64,000 bases of DNA from Bdellovibrionales bacterium. Lineage in GTDB: Bacteria; Bdellovibrionota; Bdellovibrionia; Bdellovibrionales; Bdellovibrionaceae. The notes beneath the pieces are model-generated. The model had not been told where the DNA came from. It saw only the letters and a program-made list of their open reading frames with translations, and ran no database searches. The stretch is from positions 16,229 through 80,228 of the forward strand of contig JANMPT010000003.1 in the NCBI GenBank assembly GCA_031370005.1, written 5' to 3'. Shown here piece by piece: positions 1-10,558 of the stretch (its first letter is position 1; every line of letters starts with the position of its first letter). Position numbers and translations under genes: made by a program.

Positions 1-2
1 GT

Positions 3-239
3 GCGGCTGTCACCATCACTGCTTCAACTAAGATCATCGATGTCACAGGCTCACAAGAGAAAATCTATCACGGTCGCATCCCGAAAAACTCTGTGGTGAT
101 CCCTGGCACTGTAATAAAAAAATTTCCTGCGGGGGAATATGGAACTCCCTGCGCTTTAATTATCGGACAAAGAAAAGCAAGTACTGATCTTAAGACGTCT
201 TTGACAGAGGCTTTGAGGGATTTCCAGATTTCAGTTTAG
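3..239 (+). CDS. dapD: tetrahydrodipicolinate N-succinyltransferase, C-terminal fragment (5' end lies outside the window)
   Basis: Frame 3 is open from the window edge to TAG at 237-239. The translation ...IPKNSVVIPGTVIKKFPAGEYGTPCALIIGQRKASTDLKTSLTEALRDFQISV resembles the DapD C-terminal tail. Family resemblance only. Confidence 0.6.
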   Translation, partial: AAVTITASTKIIDVTGSQEKIYHGRIPKNSVVIPGTVIKKFPAGEYGTPCALIIGQRKASTDLKTSLTEALRDFQISV

Positions 240-242
240 ATG

Positions 243-1487
243 TTAGTTTTTAATTCTTAATGCCTGCGCCGGCTGAATTTTACTAGAGGTTCTCGCCGGG
301 TACCAAGCACCACCAAGACAGACTAAAAAGCCCACCACCAAAACACCCCAAATAAGATTTGTATCCACAAGAGCCGGGATCTGGGAGTCATAATAAATAT
401 CTGGCAGGATATTTACTGGGTTTTTTTCAATATAAAAACTAATAGCCGTACCAAAGATCACTCCTGGTATCAGTCCAAAGGCCGCGAGCATCATTCCCAT
501 TTGCGTAAATATTTTCACTGTGCGCTTATCAGAAAGCCCTAGGGTTTTTAAAATCGCGATGTCACGTTTTTTCTGAGACATCAAAAGTGCCAATACTGAT
601 AAAATAGAAGTCGCAGCAATCAGTCCAGCAAGACCTAAAAATATGCCAATGATCAACTTCTCAAGTCTAAGTGCAAAAAATAAAACTGAATTACGATCCA
701 TCCAAGTCTCAGCCGTCACATCACTAAATTTTTCAACTTCTCGCTTAAGGTCATTCAGATTTTTTCCATCCGGAGTCCAAACCTCGATACCAACTTTGCG
801 GCTGGCCGCCGAGTCTAAACTATTCAAAGTTGCTCCTCGCTGGTAAAAAACAAACTGAGAATCTAAATCCGAAAGATTGGTGGTTATGATTTTGCTAACC
901 CTCACCTTTTCAAACTTTGGCGACTCCCCAGGGGGCAACAACAAACCCTCCGGTGGAACAACTGTGAGGTAATCCCCTTCAAAAACTCCCAAAGAACGAG
1001 CCAGATCCACGCCCACGATAACCTCCCCTTTTCCGGGAAGATCCTCAGAGCTCCAGAACTGAACATTATCGCGCTTTTTATGCTCTTCAGTTTGATGGAT
1101 TTGCTCCACCATAAATTTTAAACTCTCTTCACTAACTCCACGAGCGATGGCCCCGTGGAACTGTCCGTCCATGGTGCGCAAAATCACGTCTTGAGTTTCA
1201 TATACATAAGATTTATTTAGTGGATTTTCTTTGAGTCTTTGAAAAACTGGGTGAAGCTCCAGAATGGAGCCCTTGTTAACGCCATTCACACTCACATACA
1301 AGTGAGGCTCAAGCGAGAGAATACGTTTATGAATGCTAGCGTTCATGCCATTCATAACAAACAAAACGACCAAGAAAGCAGTCACACTCAAGGCAATAGC
1401 ACCCACAGAAAGCCAAGCTAGACGTTTAACGAGAGCACCGGCACGTTTGGAAAAAATGAAATGACTAAAAAATTCTCGGACGAGCAT
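243..1487 (-). CDS. LolC/LolE-type (FtsX/MacB-like) ABC transporter permease
   Basis: 414-aa ORF with an N-terminal TM helix, a large periplasmic loop and three C-terminal TM helices. Contains the FtsX-type region SQKKRDIAILKTLGLSDKRTVKIF. Confidence 0.8.
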   Translation of the reverse strand: MLVREFFSHFIFSKRAGALVKRLAWLSVGAIALSVTAFLVVLFVMNGMNASIHKRILSLEPHLYVSVNGVNKGSILELHPVFQRLKENPLNKSYVYETQDVILRTMDGQFHGAIARGVSEESLKFMVEQIHQTEEHKKRDNVQFWSSEDLPGKGEVIVGVDLARSLGVFEGDYLTVVPPEGLLLPPGESPKFEKVRVSKIITTNLSDLDSQFVFYQRGATLNSLDSAASRKVGIEVWTPDGKNLNDLKREVEKFSDVTAETWMDRNSVLFFALRLEKLIIGIFLGLAGLIAATSILSVLALLMSQKKRDIAILKTLGLSDKRTVKIFTQMGMMLAAFGLIPGVIFGTAISFYIEKNPVNILPDIYYDSQIPALVDTNLIWGVLVVGFLVCLGGAWYPARTSSKIQPAQALRIKN

Positions 1488-1529
1488 TGGCCCATTGTCG
1501 TGCGCTAGCTTAGACTTTACAACTGCTTT

Positions 1530-2504
1530 TTAAGGCCTAGATTCTTCTATATTTGCTGGTTTACGTAGTTTAGATTCCTCTTCACGAACTTCCTGAACAC
1601 TACCGCGGATAAACAGACTCTTTTGCATTGCTTTAAGCATGATCACAGTTTCATTCAAGGCTTCCACTGCCCGATGTGTCGCCTGTGGCAGCTCAGGGCC
1701 AATGGATTTGAGCGCCGGGCCTAAAACCTTAAAGTCATTGGTTAAACTCGCTAAATTTTTACTCATTTGCGCCAAGTCTTTTGCAAGCCCCGGGTTCTCT
1801 CGATTCAAATCAGGCAAAATCACATTCAATTCATGGGTTGTCACTGCGAGGTTACTCACCACGTTTTGCAGATTCCCCTTATAGGTAGCTTGACGGCTCA
1901 GTTTCGTCATTTCATTGGCCATCACTTCAATATTTAAAAGTAAAGGATCTAAACGGTCGAAAATACGAACCAAAGACTGAGTTCGATCTTTATTAGTAAG
2001 AGCCTCCACCATTCGAGTTATATTTTCTAATGTGCCGCTAAGCCTTACCAGATGCGTTCCCAAAGACTTCCCACTCAATATGCTCATAATATCTAGGGTC
2101 TCATTCGAGACAATCAGTTGATACTGTAGCGCTTCTGGAGAAGTCTCCGAACCCACCGATACTTCCAGAGCTCGATCGCCAATAATAAAAGGGCGAATCA
2201 GCTGTGCTGTGCTGTCTTGACGAATTCTTAGTTGGAATTTACTTAAAACATAAAAATTTACTTTAATTTTATTATCGGATTGAAGTTCAACATCCTCCAC
2301 TGCACCCGCACGAAGCCCTGCCATTTGCACCAAAGTGCCTGGGTGAATTCCATCAGCATTTTCAAAAATTGCAGAATAATAAACCTTCGTCGCAAACCAA
2401 CCCTGCTTAACTGCCACACTTAAGGCGGTTACCAAAACTCCAATGATTGTAAAAAGGACAAACAAGCCTGCCACTCGTTCAAACTTGTTGAACTTATTTT
2501 TCAT
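1530..2504 (-). CDS. mlaD: MlaD/MCE-domain protein
   Basis: 324-aa ORF with an N-terminal TM anchor, an MCE-like region (YYSAIFENADGIHPGTLVQMAGLRAGAVEDVEL) and a long helical C-terminus. Its start overlaps the stop of the upstream ATPase ORF. Confidence 0.7.
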   Translation of the reverse strand: MKNKFNKFERVAGLFVLFTIIGVLVTALSVAVKQGWFATKVYYSAIFENADGIHPGTLVQMAGLRAGAVEDVELQSDNKIKVNFYVLSKFQLRIRQDSTAQLIRPFIIGDRALEVSVGSETSPEALQYQLIVSNETLDIMSILSGKSLGTHLVRLSGTLENITRMVEALTNKDRTQSLVRIFDRLDPLLLNIEVMANEMTKLSRQATYKGNLQNVVSNLAVTTHELNVILPDLNRENPGLAKDLAQMSKNLASLTNDFKVLGPALKSIGPELPQATHRAVEALNETVIMLKAMQKSLFIRGSVQEVREEESKLRKPANIEESRP

Positions 2505-3244
2505 AGATGAACTACCTTCTTCGCCTGGTCCACCGTTTGTAAGTAAACTTGACCATCATCAACATGAATAATTTGATAGTTAAAAAGGCTCATATATTTT
2601 TCATCATAAGAGCTCATAAAAATATGCTTAAGATAACCGTCCTCTCGCATTTTATGAATATAGTCTACAAAGGTATAAAGAGTTTCTTGACCAAGCCCCA
2701 CAGAAGGATCATCCATCACTAAAACCTCAGGTTGCATCACAAGCGAACGCAACAGACATACTAATTTACGAACTCGTCCAGGAATATGCGCCGGCCTTTC
2801 TTGAGAGAATTTCTCAATATCAAATGCTTTAATAACACCCTCAACACGAGCTTTGGCGTCTTTCATCGAAATTAATTTGTGATAAGCCAATGGCAAAATC
2901 AGGTTATCATAAACTGTTCGATTGCTAATCAGACCGCCATAGTCAAAAGTATAACCGATGGCTAGGCGGTAAGGTAAAAACTCCTCAAAGGACATATCTA
3001 AAACGTTTTTTTCATTGATGTAGTAAAAACCGGATTGTGGCACTAACAGACCTGCAAGGACCTGTAAAAGACTTGATTTGCCTTGGCCTTCAATTCCCTT
3101 CACCCAAACAACCTCGTTCATTGGAAACTCAAAATCGACATTATAAATCAAAGGGGACTGCCCCTCATGAGCAAACGTCAAAGTTTCAAATTTCATGGTT
3201 TCAATTTTTTCGACTGGATTATTTTTTTGGCCATGCTTCGACAT
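2501..3244 (-). CDS. ABC-type ATPase-like protein (MlaF position) with degenerate catalytic motifs
   Basis: 247-aa ORF with an intact Walker A (GIEGQGKS). The Q-loop, signature, Walker B glutamate and H-loop positions look substituted (TFDYGG, HIPGRVRK, VLVMDDPS, FMSSYD). Sits between MlaE-like and MlaD-like ORFs with overlapping stops and starts. Confidence 0.7.
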   Translation of the reverse strand: MSKHGQKNNPVEKIETMKFETLTFAHEGQSPLIYNVDFEFPMNEVVWVKGIEGQGKSSLLQVLAGLLVPQSGFYYINEKNVLDMSFEEFLPYRLAIGYTFDYGGLISNRTVYDNLILPLAYHKLISMKDAKARVEGVIKAFDIEKFSQERPAHIPGRVRKLVCLLRSLVMQPEVLVMDDPSVGLGQETLYTFVDYIHKMREDGYLKHIFMSSYDEKYMSLFNYQIIHVDDGQVYLQTVDQAKKVVHL

Positions 3245-4080
3245 TAGACAACCCCTAAATTTTGCAATTGATTCAAATAAAATAATGCCGTGACGGTCAG
3301 ATTAAAAACCATGACATAGATCACGCTGTTCACCACGGCCTGTGTAGTCACTTGAGGAACTTCATGAGGACTTTTCTTCACTGAAAGACCTTGATAGCAA
3401 GAAACAACAAAAATGATCATGCCGCTAAAGCTATTCTTCGCAAAAAATATAATCACATCTTCTTTGGAAAAAGCGCTCATAAGTGAGTCGAGATAAAACA
3501 AAAATGGCATGTCTTGAAGAAGCCTAGTAATAAAAAAACCACCAATCAAAGCCAACACGTTAAAATAGAAAGCCAAGCAAACAACGCTGATTACCCCACC
3601 CAACACTCGTGGAAAAACGATAAAGCTTAAAGGATTAATCCCCATACTCTCGAGGGCTTCAATTTCACGATTCGCGCGCATGTTTCCTATTTCACTGGCA
3701 ACAGCTGTCCCTGAACGGGCTATCACTACAAGTGCTACAAGCAGCGGACCGGCCTCGCGGACCACCATAACAATTAAGAAGTTCCCTATCATTTGGGTTC
3801 CACCGAGCATACTTAGATTGGCCATTGATTGAAGTACCAGAACGCTTCCAGTCCCCAGAGCCATCACAGAAACAAGTGGCAAGGCCTGCCATCCAGTGAA
3901 GTAAATCTGCGCTGAGATTACGCTCACAACAGTTCGAAAGCCTTGAGCTTGATCAAGGATGGCCGCTCTCATGGAAAGGTACACCATCAATAAGACACGC
4001 AACGTATATTCAATATTTTTTGTAACAAATCGACCTAAAGTGCAAATTTTTGCATCAATGTACGTCCACAAGTTTCCCAT
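3244..4080 (-). CDS. mlaE: MlaE/YrbE-type ABC transporter permease
   Basis: 278-aa polytopic membrane ORF. The motif region REAGPLLVALVVIARSGTAVASEIGNMRANREIEALESMGINP is typical of MlaE permeases. Confidence 0.8.
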   Translation of the reverse strand: MGNLWTYIDAKICTLGRFVTKNIEYTLRVLLMVYLSMRAAILDQAQGFRTVVSVISAQIYFTGWQALPLVSVMALGTGSVLVLQSMANLSMLGGTQMIGNFLIVMVVREAGPLLVALVVIARSGTAVASEIGNMRANREIEALESMGINPLSFIVFPRVLGGVISVVCLAFYFNVLALIGGFFITRLLQDMPFLFYLDSLMSAFSKEDVIIFFAKNSFSGMIIFVVSCYQGLSVKKSPHEVPQVTTQAVVNSVIYVMVFNLTVTALFYLNQLQNLGVV

Positions 4081-4119
4081 ATCTTTTTATCGGCTTTGAG
4101 ACTTAAAAAATATACGGAC

Positions 4120-4650
4120 CTAGGTCGATGAGTATGCCCACAGAGAATAAAAAAGTGATTTCAATGCTTCAAAAGAGGCTTCCCAAAGGCCAACCTCATA
4201 GCGCCCGGAAACAACCGCATGTTTAAATATCTCAATATTCTCCGGGAAGGCCCCTCTAAAAGTCTTGAATGCCCGATGCATATGCAAGCGTGAGGTTACA
4301 AGAATAATATCTCGGCAACGAAGTGCCTCCACTATTGAAAGGCTCTGCTGGGCATTGCCATAAGTGGTCTCTGAGCGCCTCTCAAGAACTACATCATCTT
4401 CCTTGAGATTTCCATAAAAACTCCATACCGGCATAATTTCGCGCAAATGAGAGTTCGGGTTAACCCCAGAAATAATTAATTTTTTTACGTTTTGATTTGC
4501 AAGAAGATCAAAGCCTTCCCGTACTCTACCTGCTCCGCCGGTAAGAACCACCGCGCAGTCCGCATTTTGAGTGTGAGTCCAGGAAGCCATTGGCTCGTCA
4601 ATAACATCACGATACTCAGAGCTAAATCGAAAAAGTACGGCAAGCACCAA
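4120..4650 (-). CDS. DUF218 (YdcF/SanA/ElyC-like) protein
   Basis: 176-aa ORF with VVLTGGAGRVREGFDLL, LIISGVN and TYGNAQ motifs. The TTG start is uncertain. The frame stays open upstream and encodes a hydrophobic KKSFWALLIL segment with no canonical start codon. Confidence 0.6.
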   Translation of the reverse strand: MVLAVLFRFSSEYRDVIDEPMASWTHTQNADCAVVLTGGAGRVREGFDLLANQNVKKLIISGVNPNSHLREIMPVWSFYGNLKEDDVVLERRSETTYGNAQQSLSIVEALRCRDIILVTSRLHMHRAFKTFRGAFPENIEIFKHAVVSGRYEVGLWEASFEALKSLFYSLWAYSST

Positions 4651-4702
4651 GATAAGTAATGCCCAGAAACTTTTTTTTCGAATGAAAGTTTTCAGGATTT
4701 CC

Positions 4703-5080
4703 TTAGCGATGGGCTAAGACCTCGATCTCAATATTCACACCTTTTGGCAAGGCTGCAACCGCCACGGTGGAACGTGCCGGAGGCTCGGATGCAAAAGTCT
4801 TTGCATAAACTTCATTCACCACAACAAAGTCTGCCATGTTTGTTAAAAAGATAGTTGTTTTTACAACGTGGCTAAAGTTCATATCGGCGGCCTTTAGTAC
4901 TCCTTCGATATTTCTAATCACCATCTCAGTTTGAGTTTTAATGTCGCCTGTGAAAACTTCATTTGTTTTAGGATCAATTGGAATCTGGCCAGAGCAAAAT
5001 AAAAACGGACCCATTTGTACTGCTTGTGAATATGGGCCGATGGCTTTAGGTGCCTGTTCCGTAGAAATAATTTTTTTCAT
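4703..5080 (-). CDS. ridA: RidA/YjgF-family reactive-intermediate deaminase
   Basis: 125-aa ORF. GPYSQAV and PARSTVAVAALPKGVNIEIEV are characteristic of the family. Confidence 0.9.
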   Translation of the reverse strand: MKKIISTEQAPKAIGPYSQAVQMGPFLFCSGQIPIDPKTNEVFTGDIKTQTEMVIRNIEGVLKAADMNFSHVVKTTIFLTNMADFVVVNEVYAKTFASEPPARSTVAVAALPKGVNIEIEVLAHR

Positions 5081-5092
5081 AAAAGACTCTCC

Positions 5093-5596
5093 TTAAAAAT
5101 AGAAGGTAACGGCTGCTTGAAGAGGCGAGTCCGCAATTGTCCTGAAGCGCACATCTTTTAAAGATACAACGCCCACTCCGCCTTGAAAGCTGAAGCTGAG
5201 ATTCTCAAGACCAGCAAGGAAAAACTCTGCTCCGAAAAGCCCACTCAGATAAAAACCCGACTGCTTGCTGCCAGCAGCTTCTTTGTTAATTAAACCGAGC
5301 TCTCCGCCCATAAAGAAGTTCATATTGTCCTCTTTAAAAATAATACGACGGACGCCTCCATTCAGAGAAAAACTAGAGTTATCTTTCTCCGTGTTAATCC
5401 CTAAACCACCAGTGAGTGCGATCTCTGTTGTTGGATAATATATAACTGATAAAGATGGGATGTTGATTGAAGTGTCATTCTTCACACCAATTCCCAAACG
5501 ATTCATCATTTCTTTTGCAGAGGCCATATCCGAAAATACGAAAGTGCAAAGTATCGCATAAAACAAAGTGCTTAAAAAACAAGCTGATGAGCGCAT
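5093..5596 (-). CDS. small outer-membrane beta-barrel protein (hypothetical)
   Basis: Start chosen at internal Met11 (ATG 5594-5596), preceded by a GAGGAG RBS. Has a signal-peptide-like N-terminus, alternating beta-strand pattern and a C-terminal aromatic residue (TFYF). Confidence 0.5.
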   Translation of the reverse strand: MRSSACFLSTLFYAILCTFVFSDMASAKEMMNRLGIGVKNDTSINIPSLSVIYYPTTEIALTGGLGINTEKDNSSFSLNGGVRRIIFKEDNMNFFMGGELGLINKEAAGSKQSGFYLSGLFGAEFFLAGLENLSFSFQGGVGVVSLKDVRFRTIADSPLQAAVTFYF

Positions 5597-5622
5597 ATTT
5601 ATCTCCTCTAACAACTCTTGCC

Positions 5623-6315
5623 TCAAAAAAGGCCCGAAGCAATATTAATCGTTAGTGCCAACAGCGTTGTATTGAAAAAAAATGCCAACACACAATGCAA
5701 TAAGCCCGTACGACGCATCCCCCGCGAAGTAAAGCTTATATCCGCCGTTTGGGCGGAGGTGCCAATGATAAATGCAAAATAAAGAAAATCGCCATAGTCT
5801 GGATTTTCTTCACCAGGAAATAGAAGACCGCCAGAAATGCCTTTGTATAGTGAGGCATAGTAGTCGTGAGCATAGTGTATGGCAAACATCATATGGGTGA
5901 ACAGCCATGATGTGACGATGGTCAAGCCTGCAAGCGCGATATGAGTATAACGAGCGCTTCCGTGCAGTTCCTTTACGACCGCTAGCTCCGCAACAATCGC
6001 GGCCAGGGTTGAAATTGCCGCAAGGACCACAAGTAACAGAACCAAAACTTGTCCCTCATCCTCAAGCCTTGCGCGATGATTCATTTTTTCCCTGCTTGAC
6101 CAAAACATCATCCGTACCGCCAGCCCCAGATAAAGGCAAGCGCCGGAGTTCCAGGCAACGATGGAACGTGTAATACCATTGTGCGAAAGGGACTCGGGCA
6201 AAAATATCGCTACCAATATGCCAAAGAGGATCGAGATTGCCAGCCGTGGGCGAGCGACAATAATTCGAATTAAAAAAAACTGATGCTTACGAATTGAATG
6301 CGTGGCCAAAGACAC
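5623..6315 (-). CDS. DUF1345-like integral membrane protein
   Basis: 230-aa polytopic ORF containing the AIHYAHDYY motif typical of DUF1345. Confidence 0.55.
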   Translation of the reverse strand: MSLATHSIRKHQFFLIRIIVARPRLAISILFGILVAIFLPESLSHNGITRSIVAWNSGACLYLGLAVRMMFWSSREKMNHRARLEDEGQVLVLLLVVLAAISTLAAIVAELAVVKELHGSARYTHIALAGLTIVTSWLFTHMMFAIHYAHDYYASLYKGISGGLLFPGEENPDYGDFLYFAFIIGTSAQTADISFTSRGMRRTGLLHCVLAFFFNTTLLALTINIASGLF

Positions 6316-6329
6316 TAGATACCTCTATA

Positions 6330-7472
6330 TTACTGATTTTTTGCCTTAAGCTGCTTAAATTTATTAGCAAAAAGATCGGTGACAGCATCAACATCATTTT
6401 CCCAAGTTTCGCCCTGCACCGGCTGAAGAGTCTGCACCCAACTATTAATGTTTTTCACTGAACGTGAATGGATAACGCCCAACTGATAGGCCTCATAAAG
6501 AATGATATCTCTATTGTCCGAGGCTGATTGCTTATCAAGAGCTACGCCGACATTGCCATCAAAACGGGGCCGAACCATCATAGACATATTATTGATTTGA
6601 ACAACGTTGTAATAAATGGAAATATTCGAGCTTTGGCTCAACTTAAGAGTTGTCATCACCCGATTGGCTGGATCAGGAATAGCCCCGAGCGCAACCGGAT
6701 AAATTGCCGGAGTCACTTCCTCCTTAAATTCCAAATGCACCAGGGACCCTTTGTTGTTTAAAAGAATTTCATATCTTAAAAGACCACCAGAACCACCACC
6801 GACTTTTACTGTTGCAAGCATATCAAGTAGTTTTGTATGCGGATCCACATAGGGCCGCAGGTAGACAAGAGCTTGCTTAATCTGCTTTGCTTCATCAGCA
6901 GTGACCTCTCTCATCGAGGAGTCCCGAATAAGCTTATTGCCACTTACTTTATTATCGCTTGGCCGAGTGCCTTTTTTTTGGCTCTTTTTCATCATGTCTT
7001 GAACTGCTGGCGGCATGTTATAATTTTGCCTTTGAATACCGGCTAGGTATGCAACTAAGATTTTATCAATCTTCGTACTATTGTCATACAGGCGAGAACT
7101 TACCATCAGTCGAAAAATATCCAAAACCACAGGACAAGGCCCTGAGTCGTCAATATCATTCATTGAAAATAAAGAAGCTCCGTTATTTTGTAATAGAACG
7201 CCAAAATTCTCAGGGTGAGCGTCTCCGACACACCAGCCAGGGACCCCCCAAGTTGAGGACAAAGATGGAAGGCTTGATCTGTTGGCTTTAACAATTAAGT
7301 AATAATAATCGACATAGGATCTTAAAAAATGAAATGCATCTTTGGCAGTGCTTAGTTTTTGTTGATCAAAATTATAATTTACATCTTGCAAACTGGCGCT
7401 AGCAACACCCCGTAGCGCAAGACCAAAAATCATAGAGAAGATTAAAATCGCTTTTTTACTTATAGCTATCAT
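6330..7472 (-). CDS. exported DUF2252-like protein
   Basis: 380-aa ORF with a signal peptide (ILIFSMIFGLALRGVASA) and a GDAHPENFG motif. Confidence 0.55.
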   Translation of the reverse strand: MIAISKKAILIFSMIFGLALRGVASASLQDVNYNFDQQKLSTAKDAFHFLRSYVDYYYLIVKANRSSLPSLSSTWGVPGWCVGDAHPENFGVLLQNNGASLFSMNDIDDSGPCPVVLDIFRLMVSSRLYDNSTKIDKILVAYLAGIQRQNYNMPPAVQDMMKKSQKKGTRPSDNKVSGNKLIRDSSMREVTADEAKQIKQALVYLRPYVDPHTKLLDMLATVKVGGGSGGLLRYEILLNNKGSLVHLEFKEEVTPAIYPVALGAIPDPANRVMTTLKLSQSSNISIYYNVVQINNMSMMVRPRFDGNVGVALDKQSASDNRDIILYEAYQLGVIHSRSVKNINSWVQTLQPVQGETWENDVDAVTDLFANKFKQLKAKNQ

Positions 7473-7736
7473 TTGTTTCTCTTATGTTAAGCACTATTGT
7501 AACCACATGTTATGCTGCCAGAAGCATTCCAAGGCAGGATGTCTATGAATTGCTATTAGAACGCTTTGAGCGTCTAGTGCCTTGATATGTAACAAAAATT
7601 GGCATGCTCTATGTGTCATAAAATCCACCTTACCATTTTTTTTTTGCAGACACCTCCATAAAACTCTGACTATTCTCATCAAAGCAAGTCAGGAGACTTG
7701 GTTTCGGAAAATTGACCTCACAAAGGGATTATTAGG

Positions 7737-8585
7737 ATGAAGCTTCTTCTAATTATTTTTTTCCACCTCGCACTCGTTAGCGGTGCATTTGCAAAAGTTG
7801 AAATTGTTCTTGGCAATGTGCCCTTGAATCAAAATACAAATCTACTGGAAACAATTCCAAGCACTGATAATCCAGAGATCATTATCTCTAAAGATCAATA
7901 TGTGATCTCATATAATAAAACTCGCCGCGCTCCGAATTGGGTTGCCTGGAAGCTCGAAGCCAATCAAATGGGGCACACCGGGCGGACCAATAATTTTGCA
8001 CAAGACGCTGAATTAGAACATTATCTGACTCTGTCCTCTAGTGGGCAGCATGCAGTGACCCCCGCAGAGTTTAAAGGTAGTTGTTTTGATCGTGGTCATC
8101 AAGTGCCTTCGGCAGATCGAACCAGCACTCCCGAAGACAATCAAGCGACCTTTTTAATGAGCAATATGATCCCACAAACTCCTTATCTAAATCGAGTAAT
8201 TTGGGAACACTTAGAGCAATACACCCGCGACTTAGTACTGACCCAAGGTAAAAAAGTATACATCATCGCAGGCCCAATTTATGACGAAGACTTTGGAGCT
8301 ATTGGACCACTTAATGACATCCCAGTACCCTCAAAAGACTTTAAAGTGATTCTTGTCCTAGATGCGAATCAAACTCCAAGTGACATTGATCAAAACACGC
8401 CAGTGATTGCCGTGGTAATGCCGAATACATTGCAAGATGGCAGCAAGCCGCTTGTTAACAAAGGCAACCTCTGTAACAGTGCTTTGGTAGAAAAAGGAAG
8501 CGCCGATGACTGGCAGAAATACAAGACCACTGTGTCTGCCATTGAAAAGATGTCAGGAATAAGCATTTCTCAAGTCCCACACTAG
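7737..8585 (+). CDS. secreted DNA/RNA non-specific endonuclease (NucA/EndoG family)
   Basis: 282-aa ORF with a signal peptide, the catalytic DRGHQVP motif and downstream SNMIPQ. Confidence 0.85.
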   Translation: MKLLLIIFFHLALVSGAFAKVEIVLGNVPLNQNTNLLETIPSTDNPEIIISKDQYVISYNKTRRAPNWVAWKLEANQMGHTGRTNNFAQDAELEHYLTLSSSGQHAVTPAEFKGSCFDRGHQVPSADRTSTPEDNQATFLMSNMIPQTPYLNRVIWEHLEQYTRDLVLTQGKKVYIIAGPIYDEDFGAIGPLNDIPVPSKDFKVILVLDANQTPSDIDQNTPVIAVVMPNTLQDGSKPLVNKGNLCNSALVEKGSADDWQKYKTTVSAIEKMSGISISQVPH

Positions 8586-8678
8586 ATTATTCAAATATTT
8601 TTCGTGAATTCGTCACTCGCCCAAATGCCTCTTTAGTGCTCAGATAGGTCCTTAGACTTCCCAAGTCCGGAGGCTTAT

Positions 8679-10547
8679 ATGGCAGCTAAGAAGAACTACT
8701 CTTGGGTTTTTTTCTTTATTTCAATGGCCCTTATTTTTACATTGCAAAGCTTTTGGTTGAACTCAAGACAGCTGGCTGAAATTCCATACAGTGAATTTCA
8801 ATCTCTTTTGAATTCCAAGGAAGTTGATAAGCTGGTCATTAGCGATGAATTAATCCGTGGACAATTCAAAGAAGTCCGTCCTGATAAGAAAACAGAATTT
8901 TACACAGTGCGGGTTCCTGTAGATCTCGCCAAGGACCTAGCCGCATCTGGAGTCACCTATAGCCGTGTGGTCGAAAATAATTTTTTTCGAGATCTCATGT
9001 CATGGACCATCCCTGCATTGATCTTTGTCGGCATCTGGATGTTTTTTACTCGTAAAATGGCTGGCAAGGGAGGCTTCGGCGCAGGGCTTATGTCTATTGG
9101 CAAAAGCCGAGCAAAGCTCTATGTCGAAACTGATGTTAAAACCACTTTTGCAGATGTCGCGGGAGTTGACGAGGCAATTGAGGAGCTTCAAGAGGTTGTG
9201 GAATTTTTGAAAAACCCCGCACAGTATAGCCGCCTAGGTGCCAGAATGCCAAAAGGGGTTCTTCTTATTGGCCCCCCAGGCACAGGCAAAACTCTTCTGG
9301 CAAAAGCCGTCGCAGGGGAAGCAAAAGTTCCTTTTTTTTCTATTAGCGGATCCGAGTTCGTGGAACTTTTTGTCGGCGTCGGCGCCGCTCGAGTCCGGGA
9401 TCTATTTGTCCAGGCCCGTGAAAAAGCTCCTTGCATTATTTTTATTGACGAGCTCGATGCCCTAGGAAAAATACGCTCAAATTTAATGGGCCACGGCGGG
9501 CACGACGAAAAAGAGCAAACTCTGAACCAACTTTTAGCGGAACTTGATGGCTTTGATACCAAATCTGGCATCATCTTGCTTGCTGCTACTAACCGCCCCG
9601 AAATTTTAGATCCTGCCTTGTTGAGAGCCGGACGCTTTGATCGTCAGGTCCTAGTTGACCGTCCTGACAAAAAAGGCCGTGAAGCTATTTTGAAAGTACA
9701 TTTGTCACAAATCAAATACGATCCCAACCTTCAAGTTGAACATTTAGCCGCCCTAACTTCGGGCTTCACCGGCGCCGACCTGGCCAATCTTATTAATGAG
9801 GCAGCTCTGTTTGCAACTCGACACAAAGCAAATATAGTGGATCAAAATGATTTCATGGCAGCCATTGAACGTTCAGTTGCTGGTCTGGAAAAGAAAAGCC
9901 GTATTCTCAATCCTAAAGAAAGAAAAACCGTGGCTTATCACGAAATGGGCCATGCTTTAGTTGCCGGAGCCATTCCTGGTTCAGACAAACCTCAGAAAGT
10001 ATCAATCATTCCGCGCGGAATCGGCTCCTTGGGTTATACCATTCAACGCCCCACCGAAGACCGCTATATTATTACCCGCGAAGAGCTCATGGCAAAAATG
10101 TCTATACTCCTGGGGGGACGTGCAGCTGAAATACTGATATTCAACGAGCTCTCTACAGGGGCCGCCGATGATTTGGTCCGAGTCGCCAACATTGCAGACG
10201 CCCTTGTCAGCAAATATGGAATGAGCCCCGCCGTCGGCACCATTGTTTTTGATCGACAAAGCAGTCCATTTCTACAAGGATCCCTACCAAATTATGAGCA
10301 ACGCCAATATAGCGAGGAAACCGCCAGCCTGATTGATCGGGAAATCAAAAGTGTCGTCGAAGAATCAATGGGACGAGCAAAAAAAATTCTTTTGCGCAAC
10401 CGTCATGTGCTTGAGGAGGGGGCTCAACTGCTTCTTGAAAAGGAAACCCTTTCAGAAAATGAGCTTAAAACTTTGTTCTTAAAAATCACCAGTATTGACT
10501 CTAAAGAAGAATTGATTTTTGAAGAAAGCCCGCTTTTAGAGCTATAG
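8679..10547 (+). CDS. ftsH: ATP-dependent zinc metalloprotease FtsH
   Basis: 622-aa ORF with two N-terminal TM helices, AAA+ Walker A (GPPGTGKT), Walker B (IIFIDELD) and the zinc motif HEMGHA. Confidence 0.97.
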   Translation: MAAKKNYSWVFFFISMALIFTLQSFWLNSRQLAEIPYSEFQSLLNSKEVDKLVISDELIRGQFKEVRPDKKTEFYTVRVPVDLAKDLAASGVTYSRVVENNFFRDLMSWTIPALIFVGIWMFFTRKMAGKGGFGAGLMSIGKSRAKLYVETDVKTTFADVAGVDEAIEELQEVVEFLKNPAQYSRLGARMPKGVLLIGPPGTGKTLLAKAVAGEAKVPFFSISGSEFVELFVGVGAARVRDLFVQAREKAPCIIFIDELDALGKIRSNLMGHGGHDEKEQTLNQLLAELDGFDTKSGIILLAATNRPEILDPALLRAGRFDRQVLVDRPDKKGREAILKVHLSQIKYDPNLQVEHLAALTSGFTGADLANLINEAALFATRHKANIVDQNDFMAAIERSVAGLEKKSRILNPKERKTVAYHEMGHALVAGAIPGSDKPQKVSIIPRGIGSLGYTIQRPTEDRYIITREELMAKMSILLGGRAAEILIFNELSTGAADDLVRVANIADALVSKYGMSPAVGTIVFDRQSSPFLQGSLPNYEQRQYSEETASLIDREIKSVVEESMGRAKKILLRNRHVLEEGAQLLLEKETLSENELKTLFLKITSIDSKEELIFEESPLLEL

Positions 10548-10558
10548 TCTATTGGAGA

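Noticed and set aside
7494-7682. 62-aa minus-strand ORF in the intergenic region upstream of the nuclease gene.
   Set aside because: It has no RBS and an implausible composition, and it lies in the probable promoter region.
9188-9574. 128-aa minus-strand ORF and other short ORFs (9000-9191, 9025-9210, 9238-9465, 10002-10259) inside ftsH.
   Set aside because: They lie antisense or out of frame within a confidently identified, highly conserved gene. Their translations are low-complexity (Ser/Pro/Arg-rich) with no RBS or family resemblance. They are shadow ORFs.
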